From NCBI GenBank assembly GCA_050251055.1, contig JBFWNL010000006.1, positions 208,528-272,527 on the forward strand: DNA of 64,000 bases. Reading direction: 5' to 3'. Positions 1 to 8,498 of the stretch are shown here, in pieces. Made by a program: the position numbers and the translations under genes. How positions within the stretch are numbered: position 1 is the first letter of the stretch; each line of letters begins with the position of its first letter. This DNA is from Bacteriovoracia bacterium (GTDB lineage Bacteria; Bdellovibrionota; UBA1018; JBFWNL01). Under the pieces are notes generated by a model. The model had not been told where the DNA came from. It saw nothing but the letters and a program-made list of their open reading frames with translations, and did no database searches.

Positions 1-392
1 GCGATGCCTAGGTTGTAGAGCAGGTATTGCGATTGCACGGCGTCGCCGCTCGCGGCGAGGGACTTTTCGAAGTGATCGATGGCCGCGCGGTAGTTTTTCT
101 TGCGCAGCTGGATCAGGCCCATCAAGTTCTGGATCGACATCCTCTTCGTCGTATGGGGGTACTTCTTCTCGAAGGCGCGAGCGCGCTTCATCGCGGTATC
201 GGCTTGGTTCTTTAGGTAGGCATCCTGAATGAGCTGAAAGTCTTTCGCTTCGGTGCCGCTCAGGGAGCTGGTATCGCCATCAAAGCCGGGCAGGTCGACC
301 TGCCGGTCGTTCGGCCGTTTGGAGGCCGAAGAACAGGCGAAAAGGAGGTAGACCAAGCTAGTAGCCACGATGCCGCGGATGAGTTGGGACAT
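1..392 (-). CDS. TPR-containing lipoprotein (partial, runs off window start)
   Basis: Not in the ORF track. Manual translation from ATG 392 gives MSQLIRGIVATSLVYLLFAC (lipobox) followed by TPR-like helices (NLMGLIQLRKKNYRAAIDHFEKSL...YLLYNLGI), open to position 1. Confidence 0.75.
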   Translation of the reverse strand, partial: MSQLIRGIVATSLVYLLFACSSASKRPNDRQVDLPGFDGDTSSLSGTEAKDFQLIQDAYLKNQADTAMKRARAFEKKYPHTTKRMSIQNLMGLIQLRKKNYRAAIDHFEKSLAASGDAVQSQYLLYNLGI

Positions 393-476
393 GAGGCTTT
401 TATCCTAACAACATTTTACCGGGCATATAAGGACAAAAGCGGGCGCGGGCGCGAAAGCCTTCCGGCTCGGTCAGGC

Positions 477-1286
477 TTATGGGCCGCCCATCGGTTGACG
501 CCCGCCGGGACCGTCGTCCAGCGGGACGCCCGGTCCCGCGCGGCGCACGGTAAACGAACCCGGGATGGCGGTCACCCGTGTGAAATGACTCGCCGACGTC
601 AGCGTGTACATGCCATTAATCATCCCGGGGTTAGCCAGAGTGATCGCTTGTCCTTGGGAGAGAACTTCGACGTAGCCGGAGAAGCGGATGGTGTACCGCA
701 GTCCGCTCGTGAATTCGCCGCGATCGTTGGCGACGCGAAGGCTGCCGCGGAATTCCGGGCAAAGCCCGCTATCAAGCGTGAGCGTGAGCTGATCGTAGGC
801 GCCCACTGGCGCTTGGCCCGTCGCTACCCGCGTTCCCGCTGGATCCAGGTGGGTGACGGATTGGACGCGGTCATTCGTATAAATCGGGACCATTTCTTCG
901 GCTTCTTCGGTGCCGGATTCTGGAGAATCGTCTTCTTCCTGTACGATGCTGTCGATGGCGGTGAAATGGCCGCTATCCGCGTCGAGCCGAGGAAGCGCGC
1001 TTGGCCGCGCCGGCCGCAGGGAAATTCCCGAAATGCAAAGGGACGCGTCCAGGCGTCGAGGTGAAGATCCGTCGGCGGGGGTGGCTGACCCGTCGGCAAG
1101 ATGGATGGCTTGATCCATGCGCACGGCCCCCGTGTAAGTGAACGGCGCAAAGCGAATGGGCATGGGCACGGAAACCACAGGATTTCCGGTCGAGCTCCCG
1201 CCTCCCGTTTTAACCACGGGCGCGCATCCGCTCACAATGAGCGCGCAAGCCAAGGCGAGTGTGAGTAATGCTTTTAGTTTTTTCAA
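477..1286 (-). CDS. Lipoprotein partner of TIGR02147 regulator, copy 1 (GGGSSTGNP motif)
   Basis: Start moved to TTG 1286 because a promoter lies at 1318-1346. Signal peptide LKKLKALLTLALACALIVSG-C, then a Gly-rich linker and GNP. Alignable by eye to 10129..10743. Confidence 0.75.
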   Translation of the reverse strand: MKKLKALLTLALACALIVSGCAPVVKTGGGSSTGNPVVSVPMPIRFAPFTYTGAVRMDQAIHLADGSATPADGSSPRRLDASLCISGISLRPARPSALPRLDADSGHFTAIDSIVQEEDDSPESGTEEAEEMVPIYTNDRVQSVTHLDPAGTRVATGQAPVGAYDQLTLTLDSGLCPEFRGSLRVANDRGEFTSGLRYTIRFSGYVEVLSQGQAITLANPGMINGMYTLTSASHFTRVTAIPGSFTVRRAGPGVPLDDGPGGRQPMGGP

Positions 1287-1317
1287 GGAGGCCCCAAACA
1301 ACAGACTTATATAGTCA

Positions 1318-1346
1318 ATTATGAGGTTGAGGCTCTGAATTGTCAA
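1318..1346 (-). promoter_or_regulatory. sigma70-type promoter of lipoprotein 1
   Basis: Minus strand TTGACA-17bp-CATAAT. Confidence 0.7.
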
Positions 1347-1366
1347 TGCTTCCAAAGACTTTTGGT

Positions 1367-2230
1367 TCATATTTTCCCTTGTGATTTCTTTGGGTTATCG
1401 GATTCTACCACGGGGAAAGCGACGAAGCTGACGTGATAGACGGAGGAGCGCCCCTCTTGGGCCTGGGTGATTCCGCGGATTTCGTTCATGGCGCGTTCCA
1501 TGACTTCCTTCACGGCGCCGAACGTGTCCGGATGCATTCCGATGGTGAAGCCAAGGATGTTACGGTCGTCGCGTGGCGTGCTGTGAATGGATTCGACCGC
1601 CATGCCCAGCATGGTTTTGTGGAATTCCGAAAGCGCCAGGCGATAAATCTGGCCGTCGCAGTCGACGGACTTGCCTTCGGGGAATCCGGCATCGGATTTT
1701 CCCATGCGGGCGACGAAGCCGTGCTTTAGCAGGAAGTCGATCGCATGCTGGATTTCACGCAGGCTCACTTTCGCCTTGAGGCGCGCTTGAATCCAGCGCG
1801 CTTCCAGCTGAAAATGCGCGAATCCCGCCATCTCGCGAATCACGACGTAATACCAACGGCTGAGGTATCGGTAGGCTTCGAATTCCTTCGGATTGTGCCG
1901 GCGATAGATTCCGAAGCGCTGCAGTTTTCGGTAGGCGCGTTGACGATCTTCGGTGGGGTTTTTTTCCGAAAGCTGTCGCAGCGACTGGAAGAACGAAGTC
2001 TCGGACTCGTTCAAGTCCATGTGCCGAAGCAGTTGCCGGGCGACGTCGTCGGTGAGCGCGCGCTTTCCGTTCATCACGAGCGGCAGGAAACCCTCGGAGA
2101 ATTTCGCGCGGCGGGCGAACTCCCGGACCGATGTTCCATCCTGCGTTTTTTTAAACGCGAACCAGTCACGCAGGAAAGCGCGGTGGTCGTGGTACTGGTG
2201 GATGTCGGGGCGCCCCCCGGTGCCTTTCAT
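1367..2230 (-). CDS. TIGR02147 family protein (N-terminal Xre-like HTH + DUF4423), copy 1
   Basis: Family motifs IHQYHDHRAFLRDWF, SVREFARRAKFSEGFLPLVMNGKRALT, YLSRWYYVVIREM, EFHKTML, R-x-ILGFTI and VYHVSFVAFP; 287 aa. Confidence 0.88.
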   Translation of the reverse strand: MKGTGGRPDIHQYHDHRAFLRDWFAFKKTQDGTSVREFARRAKFSEGFLPLVMNGKRALTDDVARQLLRHMDLNESETSFFQSLRQLSEKNPTEDRQRAYRKLQRFGIYRRHNPKEFEAYRYLSRWYYVVIREMAGFAHFQLEARWIQARLKAKVSLREIQHAIDFLLKHGFVARMGKSDAGFPEGKSVDCDGQIYRLALSEFHKTMLGMAVESIHSTPRDDRNILGFTIGMHPDTFGAVKEVMERAMNEIRGITQAQEGRSSVYHVSFVAFPVVESDNPKKSQGKI

Positions 2231-2236
2231 GTTTTG

Positions 2237-2266
2237 ATGATATCACCTCGGAAAATACCGCGTCAA
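2237..2266 (-). promoter_or_regulatory. Promoter of TIGR02147 copy 1, probably leaderless
   Basis: Minus strand TTGACG-18bp-TATCAT with extended TG. Only 6 nt separate the -10 box from the ATG, and there is no SD. Confidence 0.55.
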
Positions 2267-2270
2267 ATAA

Positions 2271-2489
2271 TGCATTCATAAATAGAGATTAAATACAAAA
2301 GGCACCCCTAGATATTTATATAAACATTTGAATTTTATATTTTTTTTAAAAAAATAAATTAAATCGCATTCATATTTTAAGAAATTATTTCTACCAATCT
2401 GCAATTTGCATTCAAATAATAAGATTCAATTAGTATAAATATGTATAAATATTTGTTTTTATTTAATTATTTAAAAAAACGCATTCAAA
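2271..2489 (+). repeat. Four YGCATTCAWA direct repeats in AT-rich spacer (putative operators)
   Basis: GCATTCA at 2272, 2366, 2408 and 2481; spacings 94, 42 and 73 bp. Confidence 0.7.
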
Positions 2490-2503
2490 TCCAAAGTTAT
2501 TAT

Positions 2504-2532
2504 TTGACAAAAACACTCCAGAATCGTATGTT
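2504..2532 (+). promoter_or_regulatory. sigma70-type promoter of cassette 1
   Basis: TTGACA(2504)-17bp-TATGTT(2527). Confidence 0.7.
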
Positions 2533-2554
2533 GTTCCTGTACTCGTGAAACACG

Positions 2555-2632
2555 CCCCCGAAGCACGAGACCATCCGCCTCCAGGATTTCCGATTGGCGG
2601 AAGTTCTGGAGGTGGGCTCGGTCGTTCGGGGG
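2555..2632 (+). other. Long 5'-UTR stem-loop
   Basis: 18-bp stem 2575-2592/2598-2615 with three G-U pairs, enclosed by CCCCCGAA/TTCGGGGG. Confidence 0.65.
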
Positions 2633-2663
2633 AAATTGCCAGGGGCAATGAAGGGAGAGGGAG

Positions 2664-4457
2664 ATGGGGAAGGCTTTTAATCTTGGTTGGAAGGTGGCGA
2701 TGGTCGCGGTCGGCTCGGGAGCGTGGAGTGGTTACGCTTTCGCCGAGGGCGAGAGCTTGAAGATCACGACCCCCGCGCGTCCCGCCTACATCAACGCCGC
2801 CACGGATCGGGTTCGGTATCCCGTTACGGGGACCTGCGAAGACCGAGGTGGCGTAGTGCGGATGACGAGTCCGCTCGCGTTGGATCTCCCCTGCGTAAAG
2901 GGCCGCTTTTCCGCCCAGATCGACGTGTCCGGCCGCCGAAGCGGCGCATTTTCCTTGCGGGTAGAGCAGGATGTCGCCGGCGATACGAAGTTCGGTGGTC
3001 ATCTCCCGACCATCCACTTGCAAGACGACGTGACGGTGAACGTGGATTTAGTTCCGCCGACGATCACCTTTAATACGCAAAATATTGATCTCTACACGGT
3101 GAATCGCCATTCCATGCAGATTCGTTGCTCCGATGTGGCGCAACCCATCGAAGTCACCGCCGGTGGCGCGGTGGTTTACCGTGGGCGTTGCGCCTTGGCG
3201 AATCAGTTCTACGAGGTGAACTTGGATCTCGGAGAGATCGCGGATGGAAATCTGCAGATCCAGGTTCGCCACGAAGACGCCGCGGGAAACCCCCAGACCG
3301 CGAGCCAGCAGCGGAATAAATCCATGCGGTTTACCCCGTGGACTCAAGCGCATTCCGTCGATCGAGCCGGGCATCGTTATCTCTTGGGGAATTCCTCGGT
3401 CCGCAATCTCGTCGTCTGCGAGCAGCCGACGGGAGAGCGCGTGGGCATGATTCCACAGACCGTCGGTTCCGGAGCAAGGTCTGCGGTTTCCAAGAACGGG
3501 CAGTTCTTGCTGGTTTTCGGCGCGGGGGGATTTCAACGGATTGCCCCTGACTGCTCGGAATCACTGGGTGGCTTTGCCCTGCCGTCCGAGATGACTTCGG
3601 CGGATTTCGTCAAGGTTTCGGACCAAGGTCAAATCTATGCGTTTCGAAGTGGCGCGCACATGGGCAGCTCGGACACGGGTCCCGCGCACCTATTGCGATA
3701 CAATCTACAAGGTGCCCTGATTTCCCAAGCGAGCTACGCGCCAGATCTCTGCGACTCGCTTTCGAGTTCTTGGGTCGCGGAGATCGCGAGTTTTCAGGTG
3801 AATCCGGACTCGGGCAAGGCGTTCCTGATGTGCTCTTCGACCCGCATGGACCCCGCTGGAAACAGCACTCAGTTCATCAACGTGGCCGAAGTGGGCGAAG
3901 GTTTCCAGATCGGTGCGTGGCAGGCGGTCGATACGCTCCAGTTCATATACGGAAACGGAGCGGAGTCTGCGCGCATGGAGATTAACGGCGTGGGTGACCT
4001 CATGGTTTACTACGGACTCAACTGGCAGGGCGCCCACTACATCCAAGCCCGTACGCTTCGCGGCGCGATCTGGAGCGCACGTACGAACTTGATGGTCGGG
4101 TCCACGAACCAGCTGGTGATCCCCGACGACGAAAGCTTCGTGATCGTCGCCGAGTCGCTCACCCAGACGGCACAAAATTGCGGTCGCCCGGCTAATTTCC
4201 GCGCGGCTCTGTTGAGCTACGTGCGGGCGGGAGCCGCGTTGAGTCCCGGCTCATCCGCACGCACCCTTGCCACGGCGGCGGAAACGGTGCCGGCGGGCGG
4301 TTGCCGCTTGGAGCTCGATCGCTCGACGTTGCGGCTCGACGACGCTGGTCACAGTTACGGGTTCGCGAATATCTATGACGGCACCTACTGGGCGCCGGTG
4401 CTGATGCAAGATCCCAACGCGAATGCCTCGATCCTGCAGCTTCTAGGGATGGATTGA
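2664..4457 (+). CDS. Secreted protein with Ig-like repeats and a probable beta-propeller region
   Basis: Signal peptide (..GYAFA). Bdellovibrio-type Ig repeats (VTGTCED..LPC..GRFS; LGEIADGNLQIQVRHEDAAGN), then a beta-rich C-terminal half. SD GAGGAG. Confidence 0.65.
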   Translation: MGKAFNLGWKVAMVAVGSGAWSGYAFAEGESLKITTPARPAYINAATDRVRYPVTGTCEDRGGVVRMTSPLALDLPCVKGRFSAQIDVSGRRSGAFSLRVEQDVAGDTKFGGHLPTIHLQDDVTVNVDLVPPTITFNTQNIDLYTVNRHSMQIRCSDVAQPIEVTAGGAVVYRGRCALANQFYEVNLDLGEIADGNLQIQVRHEDAAGNPQTASQQRNKSMRFTPWTQAHSVDRAGHRYLLGNSSVRNLVVCEQPTGERVGMIPQTVGSGARSAVSKNGQFLLVFGAGGFQRIAPDCSESLGGFALPSEMTSADFVKVSDQGQIYAFRSGAHMGSSDTGPAHLLRYNLQGALISQASYAPDLCDSLSSSWVAEIASFQVNPDSGKAFLMCSSTRMDPAGNSTQFINVAEVGEGFQIGAWQAVDTLQFIYGNGAESARMEINGVGDLMVYYGLNWQGAHYIQARTLRGAIWSARTNLMVGSTNQLVIPDDESFVIVAESLTQTAQNCGRPANFRAALLSYVRAGAALSPGSSARTLATAAETVPAGGCRLELDRSTLRLDDAGHSYGFANIYDGTYWAPVLMQDPNANASILQLLGMD

Positions 4458-4472
4458 TCTCTCTCTAACCTC

Positions 4473-4501
4473 GTGGCCGGGGCGATGATCGCCCCGGCCA
4501 C
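4473..4501. other. Perfect GC-rich intergenic hairpin without U-tract
   Basis: GTGGCCGGGGCGA-TGA-TCGCCCCGGCCAC between two co-oriented genes. Confidence 0.7.
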
Positions 4502-4527
4502 ACCCCCGCTTAATGGAGGTAGGAGTT

Positions 4528-5505
4528 ATGCTTCAAGTCCTTTTCGCCATGGGTTTACTCGCTTTACTCGCGCTCAATACGACTTCGGTGATCTTCCAAG
4601 GCCAAATTGGTGGTGTGCAAAATCGAACGATCGGTGAGGTCAATAGTCTGCATAATCTCCTGAACCAAATCACCACTCATGCGGAAGCCTGTCGGCAGCT
4701 TTTTGGAAGTATCGATCTTTCAGGTTTGGTGGGCCGAGATGCTCCGGTAGAAATACCAGTCGCCCTCGAGCTGCCCGGGGTAATCAGTCTGCGCGCGGGG
4801 ACCGAGCTCCCCGGATCGTTGATTCGACTGCAGAGCGTGGGGATTCGCGAAGCCGTGCGCGTGTCGCCATTTCGTCCGGTGTACCAGGTTCGCCTGCGCG
4901 TCGGTCTGGGTCTCCGGGACCTGACGGAGCGTTTGCGTCTCAATCGTCCGGATATATCGATCCCCGTACAGCTCATTGCTGATGAAAGGGGCATCGTACG
5001 TGATTGCGGGGGAATTCCCACCGACGCCGATCCACCCCGATACTCCGTCATTCGCTGCGCGAAAACGTTCACCCGCCAGTTTGTTTCAGAGTGGTTCGAC
5101 CGTAACACCTACCGCAACTCTCGGCCGGGGCAACGGATCGCGGGCTGGAATTATATGAATTTCGCCAAGTTCCTTCCGTCCGAATGCGATGGCGGGCAGT
5201 TGCCGGACGAAAGCTACGAAGGCCAAGTGCAGTCGTCCGTGGTTTGTGGTGCTTCCGGAGTGATGGCAGTCCTAAATGCGGGGGATCTGCCGTTTCGTCC
5301 CGAGGTTCTTTTCGGTGGGATCGAGCCCGCTTATCTGCGCGGTCCCGGCGTCGTTTGGTACTACTCGAGCTGGAGCTCGGGCGCCTGCGAGCGCGACATG
5401 GGGTACGGTGACCAGGGAGTGATCGCCGTCACCTATGTTCGGCGTCAAGGCCCGGGGCGGGTCATGGGGGTCCCCTTGGCCCAGGTCGGCGAGCTGATTC
5501 ACTAG
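4528..5505 (+). CDS. Pilin/pseudopilin-like protein with degenerate N-terminus and Cys-containing C-terminal domain
   Basis: SD GGAGGT 7 nt before ATG 4528 (ATG 4513 is an alternative). Hydrophobic N-helix MLQVLFAMGLLALLAL. Pilin head resembles 5990..8131 (ACRQL/VCSSL; LPGSLIRLQSVGIRE/LPSSSIRVNEIRVRE; ADERGIVRDCG/TDPAGRIVACYG). Confidence 0.6.
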   Translation: MLQVLFAMGLLALLALNTTSVIFQGQIGGVQNRTIGEVNSLHNLLNQITTHAEACRQLFGSIDLSGLVGRDAPVEIPVALELPGVISLRAGTELPGSLIRLQSVGIREAVRVSPFRPVYQVRLRVGLGLRDLTERLRLNRPDISIPVQLIADERGIVRDCGGIPTDADPPRYSVIRCAKTFTRQFVSEWFDRNTYRNSRPGQRIAGWNYMNFAKFLPSECDGGQLPDESYEGQVQSSVVCGASGVMAVLNAGDLPFRPEVLFGGIEPAYLRGPGVVWYYSSWSSGACERDMGYGDQGVIAVTYVRRQGPGRVMGVPLAQVGELIH

Positions 5506-5536
5506 TGCATATCGACGAAGATCGGCGCCCCGGTTT

Positions 5537-5980
5537 TCAACCCTCCACTAATGTGGCCACTAGTAAAACCAAGCCGGTTTTCGGGTCCAGGTAAGTGATG
5601 CTGCCGCCGTTGAGGTGATTTTCGAACTTTATTTTCCAGACTTCTCCTGCCGCCGGTAGATTTTCCAATCGACCATACCGAATGGCGTGAGCGTTGTTCT
5701 TCAATAGCGACTGGACGAAGTTGATTGCGTCGTTAGCTTTTGATCGTTGCACCACGGGAGATCCCACTTTTGGTTCGTTCAGCTTGGGTGGCAGGTTGAC
5801 GTGAAAGTGCCGGCGGACGGATTTTTCCGGCTGAGTCTTTATCCATTCTACATAGACGGAAAATGCGGCCTCGGGCGTGCGGATTTCTTTATTCACGGGC
5901 TTACCCCCTCCCGCCGCCCAGGTTTCCATGAAAACCAGCATTGAGACCACGGCGACAAAGTAAAAATCGATACGGCTCAT
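5537..5980 (-). CDS. Small secreted hypothetical protein
   Basis: Signal peptide-like N-terminus, SD AAGGAAG, 9 bp downstream of the large pilin-like gene. Confidence 0.65.
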   Translation of the reverse strand: MSRIDFYFVAVVSMLVFMETWAAGGGKPVNKEIRTPEAAFSVYVEWIKTQPEKSVRRHFHVNLPPKLNEPKVGSPVVQRSKANDAINFVQSLLKNNAHAIRYGRLENLPAAGEVWKIKFENHLNGGSITYLDPKTGLVLLVATLVEG

Positions 5981-5989
5981 AAAACTTCC

Positions 5990-8131
5990 TTACTCGGTGA
6001 ACTTGAGTTTGAAGCATTTGAACTCGCAGCGGATACCCATGTTTCGCTTACGCGCGACGTGGTAGCGCCACTCCGTGATTTTTCCGGTGGCGTCGAGGAT
6101 GGGTGCGATGTGACAGAGCCCGCCCTTGAGCTGTTCGGCGTCGCTCGCGCTCCCGGAGTTTCCGAACCGGCTTTCGTTGTAGAATTTGATATCGCACCAG
6201 TCGTAGGGCGTGCCGTCGCTCGAATTGGGAATGGGCCGGCATCGCTCCGGGGTCCCGCTCGGGCTAAAGCAGCTGTTGCCGGTGGGCTGAGTTCCGCCCG
6301 CCCATCCTTCCACGCGCTCGTAGTCGCCGCCGGATTTGTCCCCGCAGTTTCCGAGCGCGTCGATGTCGCCGGAGGGGCACATATCGGATCGCATCGCTTC
6401 AAAGCCCGTCGGTTCGAGTCCCGCGCCGAGCTGGGCGGGCAGCACCACGCGCTGGGAGAGGAATACTTCCATGCGGGGCGCCGCCCACTTCGCTTGCCCA
6501 TTGGCGCTAACCGCGGCTAGAACCTTATTCGGGGCCGGCGTACCCATGTCCGCGGCGTCCAGGCGAAACGCCGTTTGGGCACCCGTCGAAGTCGCCTGCG
6601 AAAGAATGATGCGGCCCCGGCCATCCATCGCCGCGAGCACTTGTCCGCCGTTTCCTCCGCTGCAGCTGCCGGCGAGTGTACAGTTGCGTAGCTCCAGGCG
6701 GCCGGCTCCTTCGTCGCCCGGGGCGGCCGAGTTAATGGTTTCCGAAAGGCGGGCCACCCAATTCGCGTTGGCGTACGCACCGGGCTGCTCCGGATCGGCG
6801 TGAAAAATGGCGAACCCGTTGTTTTTTCCGGGCAAAGAATTCGGCCCGATCGAGCGATACTCCTTGGCGCGAACGTCGAGGTGCGCGCCAAGCGCTCGAT
6901 TCACGAAGGCGACGCGTTTGGGGGAGTTGCCGACGGTGGGAGAGCTCCATACGCCGAGCTCGAGCTGATTATTGCCGGAAGGATCTTTGCCGAAACCCGC
7001 GTAGGCTTCGCCCATGTAATCCGTGCCGCCGGCGGTGCTGGGCACGCGCGTGCCGAACTTGAAGAGTCCCGAAATCCCAAAGGCGCCGGGCTCGGCGGGG
7101 CCTACTCCCGGGGGAAGGAATTCCGCCACGGCTCGAGGCGCCGCCCCGCGCGCTTTGTGCATGAGGCTGAATCCGTTCGCATCGCCCCCAAAAATCAGGG
7201 CGGGACGCTTAATCGCTCCGGTTTCTTCGATCATCCCAAATGCGGCGGTATTGGTCTGCCATTGGAGGTTCAGCCCACGGAAACCGCGCAGGTTCCAATC
7301 GCTGTTATTCGCGGCCTGAGTGACGGCGTTGAGTTCCGCGCGAGCGGGCGCCGTGCCTTGAATCCAGCGGCCTTTGGTCCAAAGCGACGAGGTCGCGGGA
7401 CTGTCGATATCTCTGCCCACCCCTTTGTGCAGGGGGATGTCGGTGCCCGGGGTGTCGGTCAAGAGCATGCTATCGCCGACGCAACGAAGCAGCCCAGTCG
7501 TCGGGTCGGGTACGAGCTCGCCCCCCATGGCCGAGCACTGCATGCCGGCGTCGTTGCCGCTGCCGTAGCAAGCCACGATTCGACCGGCGGGATCGGTTTC
7601 GAAGTAGATATTGGAAAACGTGCGGGAAAGCTGGCGCGATCCGTAACCCGCGTCCGCGGGCGTGCGGCCCATTTTCTCGGCATTGATCGTGATGCGGCCG
7701 AGATAGCGCCGGCAGTTTCCGCCGGCTCCGCACGTGAAATTTTCGACGAAGTTCGTTTCCCTTACGCGGATCTCATTCACCCGAATGCTCGAGGAAGGAA
7801 GGGTGGAATCGGCTAGCACGGAGATGTTCGGGCTTATACCTACGGCTAGCCGATTCCACTTCTTGTCGTAACCGCTCGTCCAGGTTTGCCAGCCCGGATC
7901 ACCATCTGGGTTATTGGCGATGAGGGAAGAGCAGACCCGCTGATTCATGACGGCGGTTTCGACAGAATTTTGTATGGATACCCATTCGGAGGAGAGCTGC
8001 GTGCCGCGGTTCGAGCGCGCGCCTTGCACCACCAGCGTGCTGGACAGGTACGCCGCGCCGCTGATCAGCCCCAGCACCAGCATCATTTCGATCAAGGAAA
8101 AACCGTTTTGATTTTTCGATGAAAGAGACAT
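5990..8131 (-). CDS. Large prepilin-type protein (type IV pilin N-terminus + long fibre-like extension)
   Basis: MSLSSKNQNG|FSLIEMMLVLGLI class III signal; CSAMGG...C motif; KVLAAVSANGQAKW fibre-like motif; Cys-rich C-terminus; SD before ATG 8131. Confidence 0.8.
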   Translation of the reverse strand: MSLSSKNQNGFSLIEMMLVLGLISGAAYLSSTLVVQGARSNRGTQLSSEWVSIQNSVETAVMNQRVCSSLIANNPDGDPGWQTWTSGYDKKWNRLAVGISPNISVLADSTLPSSSIRVNEIRVRETNFVENFTCGAGGNCRRYLGRITINAEKMGRTPADAGYGSRQLSRTFSNIYFETDPAGRIVACYGSGNDAGMQCSAMGGELVPDPTTGLLRCVGDSMLLTDTPGTDIPLHKGVGRDIDSPATSSLWTKGRWIQGTAPARAELNAVTQAANNSDWNLRGFRGLNLQWQTNTAAFGMIEETGAIKRPALIFGGDANGFSLMHKARGAAPRAVAEFLPPGVGPAEPGAFGISGLFKFGTRVPSTAGGTDYMGEAYAGFGKDPSGNNQLELGVWSSPTVGNSPKRVAFVNRALGAHLDVRAKEYRSIGPNSLPGKNNGFAIFHADPEQPGAYANANWVARLSETINSAAPGDEGAGRLELRNCTLAGSCSGGNGGQVLAAMDGRGRIILSQATSTGAQTAFRLDAADMGTPAPNKVLAAVSANGQAKWAAPRMEVFLSQRVVLPAQLGAGLEPTGFEAMRSDMCPSGDIDALGNCGDKSGGDYERVEGWAGGTQPTGNSCFSPSGTPERCRPIPNSSDGTPYDWCDIKFYNESRFGNSGSASDAEQLKGGLCHIAPILDATGKITEWRYHVARKRNMGIRCEFKCFKLKFTE

Positions 8132-8156
8132 GACTTCCTCCCGCGTTTCCATCGGA

Positions 8157-8468
8157 TTAGAGACTTTGAACGCAGCTCGCCAAGCAGCTGGCTAATTCGG
8201 CCTCGAGTTGCTTCTTTTTGTCGCAGTTTGCCTGCGAGGTCATGAATAGGGTGGGTGGGCAAAAAATCGAGAACAGTCCCACCAAGCCGCCGGCGTCTTC
8301 GTACTCACGAACCTTAGTGCCGAAGTCGTCGAAGCATTGCTGCGCGCATTCCAGGTCGGAATAGGTCGCTGGCGAAGGATTTTGTTTGGAGGCGGCGCCT
8401 TGGGCCACCTCAGTGCTTATGGAAACGAAAATTATTATCGCGAAGAGTTTTGTAAGAACCAGTTTCAT
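8157..8468 (-). CDS. Small secreted Cys-rich protein
   Basis: Signal peptide (..VAQG); six Cys including CAQQC and CLASC; SD AAGGA. Confidence 0.65.
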   Translation of the reverse strand: MKLVLTKLFAIIIFVSISTEVAQGAASKQNPSPATYSDLECAQQCFDDFGTKVREYEDAGGLVGLFSIFCPPTLFMTSQANCDKKKQLEAELASCLASCVQSL

Positions 8469-8498
8469 ATACGTCCTTTTTGTACGTTACTTGGGGGT

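Noticed and set aside
1287-1370. N-terminal extension of the 477..1370 ORF
   Set aside because: Contains a consensus promoter, and the lipoprotein signal peptide only makes sense from TTG 1286.
2280-2500. AT-rich tract as replication origin or CRISPR leader
   Set aside because: No DnaA boxes (TTATCCACA), repeat-spacer array or cas genes seen; better explained as a divergent regulatory spacer.
5537-8131. Polymorphic toxin-immunity pair (large protein + small downstream gene)
   Set aside because: No recognisable toxin motif in the Cys-rich C-terminus. Not excluded, but unsupported.
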